Below, one piece after another: positions 8,085 through 15,274 of a DNA stretch of 15,274 bases (position 1 is its first letter; every line of letters begins with the position of its first letter). Under the pieces are notes generated by a model, which was not told where the DNA came from, did not search any database, and saw nothing but the letters and a program-made list of their open reading frames with translations. The translations under genes were made by a program, and so were the position numbers. The stretch is from contig NW_021825530.1 of NCBI RefSeq assembly GCF_006345805.1, positions 1 through 15,274 on the forward strand, in the 5' to 3' direction. This stretch comes from Octopus sinensis. Its lineage: Eukaryota.

Positions 8085-8210
8085 TACGACAGGCTTCTTT
8101 CAGTTTCCATCTACCAAATCCACTAACAAGGCTTTGATCGGGCCGGACTATAGTAGAAGGCACTTTGGGCAAGTGCGAAGCAGTGAGACTGAACCCGGAA
8201 CCTTGTGGTT
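7737..8210 (-). mobile_element. SINE family A with internal (CA)/(TA) microsatellite; A-box end lost
   Basis: The head at 8087-8210 aligns with 797-920, including the B-box-like GGTTCAGTCTC. An internal microsatellite spans about 7944-8086. The 3' half at 7737-7943 (CTTTTACTTGTTTCAGTCATTTGACTGCGGCC...) is assigned to the same element from recognition of octopus SINE structure. Confidence 0.8.
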
Positions 8211-8394
8211 ATATGTATGTATGTATGCATATCCGTCTATATATTTACATATTTATATTAAACATATGCACTTATATATGTATATATACATAGATACATA
8301 GATACATACATACATATATATATATAGATATATATATATATATATACACATATACATATATAATATAAATAAATATACATACATTTTTACATAA

Positions 8395-8433
<39 letters not shown>

Positions 8434-8612
8434 AATACATATATATACATATATATATATATGTATATACATACACTATATATATATGTGTATGTATATA
8501 TATGTATACATACACATACATATATATACATATATATATACATATATATATATACATACATATATATACATATATATATATTCATACATACATACATACA
8601 TATATATATATA

Positions 8613-8686
<74 letters not shown>

Positions 8687-8800
8687 TTCATCAAAATTAG
8701 ATTCAAATGAATATGGTACTTGAGTTGGATGGACCACAATCGTGTATGGTGTTATCCATATAAATCCAGGGGGTGATTATAATCAAAATAAGCAACAAGA

Positions 8801-8847
<47 letters not shown>

Positions 8848-8852
8848 CATGC

Positions 8853-8883
<31 letters not shown>

Positions 8884-9050
8884 CATATATATACATACAT
8901 ACATATATTATATATATACATACATATATATATATATATACATACATACATATATATACATACATACATATATACATATATATATATACATATACATATA
9001 TACCATGCTTACATTATATTTATGTATGTGTATGCATGTATATATGATAG
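8211..9050. repeat. Large (TA)/(CA)/(TACA) alternating purine-pyrimidine block with a unique island at about 8685-8800
   Basis: Direct reading. It includes a pure (TA) run at about 8617-8684. Confidence 0.96.
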
Positions 9051-9071
9051 TTAAATGTCTATAATGATATA

Positions 9072-9636
9072 TACGAGTCAAAAAGTAATGCCATTTTTTT
9101 AGTACAGGTATATTTACTAACACAGGAACATGTATCATACATCAAAATGAAGCTGGTCCTCTGTGGGTCACATCCCGACTTCTCAACATAGTCACCGTTT
9201 CTCTAAATAGCAATGTTCCACCTTCGAATCAGAGCATGTATCCCTACCTCTTAAAATTCTGTTGGCTGTTCTTTGAGCCACTTCTTCACTACAGTTTTCA
9301 CTTCCTCGTCATTGGAATAATTTAGCGCCTTCAGACTATCATCTCTTCGGCCCAATGAAAGAGAATTTGAGAATCAAACATTATTCCAGTGACGAGGAAG
9401 TGGAAACTGTAGTGAAGAAGTGGCTCAAAGAACAGCCAACAGAATTTTACGGGGCAGGGATACATGCTCTGATTCGAAGGTGGAATATTGCTATTGAGAG
9501 AAACGATGACTATGTTGAGAAGTAGGGATGTGATCCACAGAGGACCAGCTTCATTTTGATGTATGATACATGTTCCTGTGTTGGTAAATATACCTGTCCT
9601 AAACAAAATGGCATTACTTTTTGAATTACACTCGTG
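9072..9636. mobile_element. Non-autonomous mariner-derived fold-back element (long-TIR MITE)
   Basis: Arms 9072-9321 and 9380-9636 are reverse complements, with about 14 substitutions and one 6-bp indel counted by eye, around a 58-bp spacer. Termini read TA(T/C)ACGAG..TCAAAAAGTAATGCC, flanked by TA. Confidence 0.92.
9322..9525 (+). pseudogene. Mariner transposase C-terminal remnant (67 aa, no start, uninterrupted to its stop)
   Basis: Translates LAPSDYHLFGPMKENLRIKHYSSDEEVETVVKKWLKEQPTEFYGAGIHALIRRWNIAIERNDDYVEK*. It contains the (YSPD)LAPSDYHLF motif with the third catalytic Asp of the mariner DD34D triad. Confidence 0.93.
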
Positions 9637-9684
9637 TATGCACATATGTATATATATGTATATATGTCGATGTATGTACGCGTG

Positions 9685-9791
<107 letters not shown>

Positions 9792-9950
9792 TATCTGAGT
9801 GAGAAAGGTGGAATGCAACGGATCACATGACCAATAGTAAAGTCGTCATCACCAGTATCACTACAATTATCAAAATCCTTACCATCATTATTAATATTCA
9901 TTTATATTCATTAATGCCCTCTGATCACATTACAGACTTTTTTTATTCAA

Positions 9951-9997
<47 letters not shown>
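9951..9997. repeat. (TAG)n microsatellite
   Basis: Direct reading. Confidence 0.96.
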
Positions 9998-10399
9998 AGA
10001 CTGATGAAGGCAAAGTCGAACGGCCTAGGGCTTAACAGGAGCAACAACAACAGCAACATCAACAACAATGATAATAAAACACCTACGAAAATCCACCATG
10101 TTTAATGTTAATGAGGATTCTTGATGTGTCTGTGTTTGTTTGTGTGTGTGCGTGCGTGTATACAGCCATATGCACACTTACATTCATATATACATATATA
10201 TACATGCACGCAGACTCATGCGTGTATATGTATACGGATATATATATGCATATGCAACATGCCTACATACATGTATGTGTTTATATGTATGCATTTGGAT
10301 GTGTGCGTAAACGCGTGCGTACGTGTTTCTGAGAAAAAAATGTGTGTATGTGAGTGGTGGGGTGTAGAAAAAATCACACACGAAAAATAAATAAATGCA

Positions 10400-11160
10400 A
10401 AGGGGAAACTAAAACAAAAGATAAAAGAAAAGAAAAAACTTGGTGATGTGTAGGGAGAGGAGGAGAGAATGGTAAGGAGAGGGAGGAAATGGTTGTGTGT
10501 GTGTGTGACTGAATGAGAAAATGATGGTGACAAGAAAATAGAAATAATGGTAGATCGATTGATCGATCTACTTTATTGAGAGGAGTAGGAAGAAGTCGGT
10601 AAGATGACATGAAGTAAAAAGGGGTGAGTGAGAAAAGAAAAATATTGAGAGAGAGAGAGAGAGAAAAGGAGAGAAGAGAGAGAGAGAGAGAGAATGCGTG
10701 TGTGTTTGAATGTATAAGAGAGCGTGAGTGAAAGGAAGATTGTGAGTGAAGAGGGAAAGACAGAGAGAGCCAGGGTAAGAATAAGAATAACATAAGTTAA
10801 AGTTTGTGATAACGAGAAAAGGAAGTTAACAGAGAGAGGGGGGTATAGAGAAAGAGAGTGAGTGAGAATGTATATATAAAAGAAAGAAAAATTGTGTTGG
10901 TTTAAGACTTGAAATGAGAAGGGAAAGAGAGAGACTGAGAGAGAGAGGGTGAGAGTGAGGAGAAGATAGATAGATAACAGTTGACAGATATAGTATGAGT
11001 CAATAAATGTGTAGGAAGGAGAAAATATTTCAGGGAAGGAAGAAAGGGAGAGAAAGAGGGTGGGAGAGAGAGAGAGAGCGGGAGAGAGAGAAGGAGGGAA
11101 GAGAGAGAGAAAGAGTGGGGAGAGTGACAGAGAGAGAGAGAGATGAAAGAGAAAAAGATG
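10400..11160. repeat. Long GA-rich polypurine low-complexity tract with (GA)n runs
   Basis: Strongly purine-biased plus strand, read directly. Confidence 0.88.
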
Positions 11161-11554
11161 TGAAAGTTGTTTAACGAGTGTTGAACAACTCTGTTGAAAT
11201 TGTCGAAAAAAGTTGACATTACTGAAAAAATGTAGGAGGAGCTTAAATAGATGGTACCGGCTGGACGTATTGACAACATCGACATTTGTCTAACTTCAAA
11301 CACCCCGGGTACCTTTCAGATATCCGGACACTTTACTCAAAATCTGTATTTATTGAATGACACATCATGCAACTATTAGTTGGACTGCCCTTTGGAAGAA
11401 GCACACAATCATTTGATTCGCAATTCAAGAACATTCTTCTTTAGTTACGATGAACGTAGAGAAGGCTTAGAAGGAAAATTTATAAACTTTTTTATTATAC
11501 GAGATCCAGATTATCTTGTGGCCTCTTTTTGTTTGGCTTGTTATGGCTTTTCGT

Positions 11555-12199
11555 TTGTCTTCGGAGCCTTGGCTTTCGTCTGAGAGTTAGCTTGTCTTCG
11601 GAGTCTTTGCTTTCGTCTGAGAGTTAGCTTGTCTTCGGAGTCTTGGCTTTCGTTTGAGAGTTAGCTTGTCTTCGGAGTCTTTGCTTTCGTCTGAGAGTTA
11701 GCTTGTCTTCGGAGTCTTTGCTTTCGTCTGAAAGTTAGCTTGTCTTCGGAGTCTTGGCTTTCGTCTGAGAGTTAGCTTGTCTTCGGAGTCTTTGCTTTCG
11801 TCTGAAAGTTAGCTTGTCTTCGGAGTCTTGGCTTTCGTCTGAGAGTTAGCTTGTCTTCGGAGTCTTTGCTTTCGTCTGAGAGTTAGCTTATCTTCGGAGT
11901 CTTGGCTTTCGTTTGAGAGTTAGCTTGTCTTCGGAGTCTTGGCTTTCGTTTGAGAGTTAGCTTGACTTCAGAGTCTTTGCTTTCGTCTGAGAGTTAGCTT
12001 GTCTTCGGAGTCCTGGCTTTCGTTTGAGAGTTAGCTTGTCTTCGGAGTCTTTGCTTTCGGTTGTGAGTTAGCTTGTCTTCGGAGTCTTGGCTTTCGTCTG
12101 AGAGTTAGCTTGTCTTCGGAGTCTTTGCTTTCGTTTGAGAGTTAGCTTGTCTTCGGAGTCTTGGCTTTCGTTTGAGAGTTAGCTTGTCTTCGGAGTCTT
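11555..12199. repeat. 37-bp minisatellite, 16 full plus 2 partial units (TGAGAGTTAGCTTGTCTTCGGAGTCTT[T/G]GCTTTCGT[C/T])
   Basis: Units start at 11581, 11618, 11655 ... 12173 with no indels and no unique spacers. Confidence 0.97.
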
Positions 12200-12429
12200 A
12201 TTTAAGGCTTGGTCTTTCCTTCTTCTGGTGCATTATAAGGTAGATAAAATTTGTTGTTACTCTTGATGATTTAGCCTCAAAATCAGTCCTGATCGAGCTT
12301 ATTTAATGTCAAAGAAATTCCATCCCTGAATATAGTGTCTTTTTGAAGGAAATCTAGGATTAATGTTATACATTTCCTTTTAGGATTTTGATGGTCGTAT
12401 CTTATCCTGCTAAGATTTTTGCTTTTCTT

Positions 12430-12500
12430 CAAAGGTGGTTTTACCTTTCATCCTTCAGTGTTGATAAAGTAAAGATACTGCAGTTGATATTATCGATTAT
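12430..12500 (+). mobile_element. Diverged SINE family B core fragment
   Basis: TTACCTTTCATCCTTCAGTGTTGATAAAGTAAAG matches the core TTGCCTTTCATCCTTTCGGGATCGATAAATTAAG. Confidence 0.5.
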
Positions 12501-12840
12501 TCTTTCCTCTATCCACAATTTCTAACGTTGTACAAATACAAGAACCCATTAAGACTGTGGATGTATCGTTTGAAGGACAGATTTAGCTGCTGTTTCTATC
12601 TACGAACATACAGAGGCTAACTCGTTGGTATTTGTTTCCCTTCATATATGTAAGAGTAATGGAGACAAGGGAAGTAATGCTGCTAGTATTGAAGGAATTC
12701 TTAAGAACGATTGTTTTTTTCCTGAAGCGATAAGGCTTCCGAAGCCAGATACTCAGTTTCGCTGGTAGGTGACCCAGGTCGCCATATTCCCTCTGAATAA
12801 GACGATGCCTGTTCGCTGCAGAATTCAAGTGCAGCAAGTT

Positions 12841-12998
12841 AATTCTATCGACCCCACGACATAACTGGTACTTTATTTTATCGAACTTTCAAAGAGATGA
12901 AAGGCAAACTTGACCTCAATGGGATTTAAACTAAAAGCCGGAACAGATGTCGCAGAACATTTTGTCCGGCGTGCCAACGATTCTGCCAGTTTGCCGTC
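12841..12998 (-). mobile_element. SINE family B copy
   Basis: ATCGACCCC...AACTGGTACTTTATTTTATCG...GATGAAAGGCAAA...CGGCGTGCCAACGATTCTGCCAG is colinear with 1238-1398. Confidence 0.82.
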
Positions 12999-13000
12999 AT

Positions 13001-13092
13001 CAAAGGAAAAGTTAACTTCGGCAGAATTTGAACTCTGAACGTAAGGAGTCGGAAGTGATTCTGCTAAACTTTTCGTCTGACGCGCTAGCGAT
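13001..13092 (-). mobile_element. Second SINE family B head in tandem
   Basis: AAAGGAAAAGTTAACTTCGGCAGAATTTGAACTCTGAACG...TTTCGTCTGACGCGCTAGCGAT matches the family B head. Confidence 0.72.
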
Positions 13093-13370
13093 GGGATTAC
13101 GTGAACGGTTAATCCCTTTTCTCCTTCACGATTCAGTTCAGGTCTTAATTCTTAGTTCAGAAGATAGATAATATAGCACTCCCTGCTACGGAAACACACG
13201 AGTCACGTGTTTTCACTACACCTTATCCTCCCACTTCCACTACTATCAGAGGTCATGGTTGCTATCAAAAGGTCATAGCTGCTTGCCTTCCATCCCATAC
13301 TTTAGCCATAAACAAAAACGAACATATATTCGCTTTTGTTTATATTCAATCTAACGGAGATGTGATAGTT

Positions 13371-13391
13371 CTTTTTTTTTTTTTTTTTTTT
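13371..13391. repeat. Poly(T) run of about 20 nt
   Basis: Direct reading. Confidence 0.9.
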
Positions 13392-13561
13392 AACATCAAT
13401 CAGTTTCTTCTGAGTTTCTCGTAAGGAAACATTTTATTGATTTATTGCGGCGGGAAACTAGGATAAAACAATTCATAACCCTCCCTCACGAAGAACTTGA
13501 AGATAATAAAGTTTAATATTCATTATTGTGTACTCCCGATTTCTTATTGCTAAAAAATAAT

Positions 13562-13677
13562 TTTCGGTGTCTGTCCCGGCTCTTTATATTCCGCACACAG
13601 TCTAATTTGCCTTTCATTCTCCCGGGGTCAATAAAATAAACTTCAAGTCAAATCTGGGGTTGATATAATAGACTACC
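13562..13677 (+). mobile_element. Diverged SINE family B copy ending in (CAC)n
   Basis: TTTGCCTTTCATTCTCCCGGGGTCAATAAAATAA...CTGGGGTTGATATAATAGACT matches the core. (CAC)n follows at about 13676-13701. Confidence 0.7.
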
Positions 13678-14020
13678 CACCACCACCACCACCACCACCA
13701 CCTCCTCATACACACTATATCCCGTAATTTCTGGCCTTGTATCTATGTTAGAAGCAGTATTAATAGAATCACTGTCGTCGTCCTCCACGTTACGGAAGTG
13801 AGGTTGTGTCCGAAAGCCTTGCCACATTGCAAAAATTTCGAACTGAATCGTCCGCATCGAAACCAACGGGTAAAGGCTTTAGTTTATTCGTGTATAGAGC
13901 TGTTGTGACAACCCTGGAACTATAGAAGCTAATGCATAGAGCCATCGGGTCTGCTGCGGAGAAACGTAATATATACACGGTAGTAGTGTTAGTTGTGGTG
14001 GCAGCCAAGTTTTATAATCG

Positions 14021-14128
14021 ATGAACTGGAACAGTCGTTAGGGCGTCGGATTCAATGCTGTGGTGTAACATGCCGAAACCAACTTTAACTTCTCATTTTT
14101 CGTAGTTCGATAAATAAAGTACCAATTC
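14021..14128 (+). mobile_element. Diverged SINE family B copy with internal deletion
   Basis: GAACTGGAACAGTCGTTAGGGCGTCGG head followed by ACTTTAACTTCTCAT...TTCGATAAATAAAGTACCA core. Confidence 0.6.
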
Positions 14129-14131
14129 AGG

Positions 14132-14212
14132 ATTGGCGAATCATCGGACGAAATGCCTTGCGGTATAACGGTTCCGGCTCTTTGCGTTCTGAGATCATAT
14201 TCTGCCAAGGGA
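14132..14212 (+). mobile_element. SINE family B head fragment
   Basis: CGGACGAAATGCCTTGCGGTAT...CGTTCTGAGATCATATTCTGCC matches the head and B-box region. Confidence 0.6.
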
Positions 14213-14473
14213 TTCAAATGCGGCTGATGGGCAAAGCATGGCACCTAGAATTGAGTAGGGGAGGGAGGTGGTTGTGTGCCTTTTACAGTTGAACGATGAA
14301 GAAATAACACTACAATAATCCATGCAAATCCGCAGATAATTCAACACTGCAGTTCCGTAGATTTTTACCGCTTACTTAGGGCTTCTGAGATGGTGGGTGA
14401 GAGGGAAGAAGTTATCCTCAAAGCAGTGGCCTGAACCTCATGCTTGTAACAGAGTGAATCCCGTTAAATGCAT

Positions 14474-14561
14474 CCAGCAGAATGGCACATTAGCTGAGTG
14501 ACCCCCGCTAAAGACACCCAGCAGAGTGGCACATTAGCTGAGTGAACTTCGCAAAATGTAC
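14474..14561. repeat. 44-bp-period tandem duplication with a 28-bp conserved part (27/28 identical)
   Basis: CCAGCAGA[A/G]TGGCACATTAGCTGAGTGA at 14474-14501 and 14518-14545. Confidence 0.92.
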
Positions 14562-14759
14562 TCGGTTTATAACAATACGCATATAGCCGAATGACGGATT
14601 AAGTGTAGTGGTTATGTACCGGATAAAGCGTGAGCGGAGAGACCAAACAGTCAGCCAACCTACAAACCAAGTTTAATGCTTAAAAGCCCATACGAAAAGA
14701 GCAGGATTAAATACCACAAGGTATCCCTTCTACTGTCCTAACAATTCTTAAATTCATCG

Positions 14760-14890
14760 CCTTCGACTGGTACATTGAAGGAATGAAATGCATAGTTGAC
14801 CTCGACGAGATTTGAACACAGATCGAAGAAACCCAGAACGAATATTGCAAGGCATTTCGTCCTACACTCTAGCAATTCTGCCAGTTGATC
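14760..14890 (-). mobile_element. Diverged SINE family B copy
   Basis: GAAGGAATGAAATGCATAGTTGACCTCGACGAGATTTGAAC...GCATTTCGTCC...TCTAGCAATTCTGCCAG is colinear with the family B head and core. Confidence 0.75.
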
Positions 14891-15112
14891 TCCAATAAAA
14901 CGATTCTGCTACTACAACCATTACTGCAGCTCCTTACATACCAAGAACTCTATCTTTGTTGATAAAACTGCATACCACTAAAACTTCTTCCTTCTTTAAG
15001 CTTTCAACCCCTGACGTGCTCTGGATATACGGCGTGCTTTGGGATGTTAAATCATCTAGCGAAGTCCATCCCTCTCTGGGTGTAAACAAAATGGATTTCT
15101 AAAGGGGGGGGG

Positions 15113-15274
15113 AGAAGAAGAAGACGAAGAAGAAGAAGAAGAAGAAGAAGAAGAAGACGAAGAAGAAGAAGAAGAAGAAGAAGAAGAAGAAGAAGAAGAA
15201 GAGAAGAAGAAGAAGAAGAAGAAGAAGAAAGAAGAAGAAGAAGAAGAAGAAGAAGAAGAAGAAGAAGAAGAAGA
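15113..15274. repeat. (AAG)n polypurine microsatellite running off the window end
   Basis: Direct reading. Two GAC interruptions 33 bp apart, preceded by a G9 run. Confidence 0.97.

Noticed and set aside
9997-10030. Short SINE B-like fragment (GATGAAGGCAAAGTCGA); similar at 2081-2115
   Set aside because: Too short to list as a supported element.
11160-11545. Possible decayed ORF flanking the minisatellite
   Set aside because: It needs several stops and a frameshift, and no family was recognised.
11555-12199. CRISPR array or coding repeat
   Set aside because: Units abut with no unique spacers and no cas genes are present. The 37-bp period is not a multiple of 3, and stops occur.
12290-12837. 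Stop-poor minus-strand frame (3 stops in about 180 codons) as a decayed gene
   Set aside because: No recognisable motif, and part of it (12430-12500) is better explained as a SINE core fragment. A tblastn search would settle it.
13093-13120. GGGATTA/TAATCCC hairpin followed by TTTT (terminator-like or Helitron end)
   Set aside because: The context is eukaryotic, there is no CTRR end, and a 7-bp stem is expected by chance.
13243-13282. Two AGGTCA nuclear-receptor half-sites
   Set aside because: The 14-nt spacing is non-canonical and is explained by a degenerate 20-bp duplication.

Overview
AT-rich, microsatellite-saturated eukaryotic non-coding DNA (intergenic or intronic). The SINE families and repeat density look like an octopus/coleoid cephalopod genome; this is inferred from recognition, not from a database search. 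No intact protein-coding gene is supported: most ORFs in the supplied track are microsatellite read-throughs and the rest give no recognisable protein. The window holds two tRNA-derived SINE families (about 13 copies or fragments), a mariner-derived fold-back element (9072-9636) with about 250-bp arms around a transposase C-terminal remnant, a decayed C2H2-finger-coding segment typical of an RTE-like LINE 3' end, a 37-bp minisatellite of about 17.4 copies, and many simple repeats. The least expected signal is a cluster of five hammerhead-ribozyme-like motifs between 4039 and 7151. One is a nearly complete type I hammerhead on the minus strand (5924-6005), and two sit at the outer ends of an approximately 220-bp imperfect palindrome. 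Fold-back structures recur at several scales, including a perfect 84-bp palindrome at 8022-8105.
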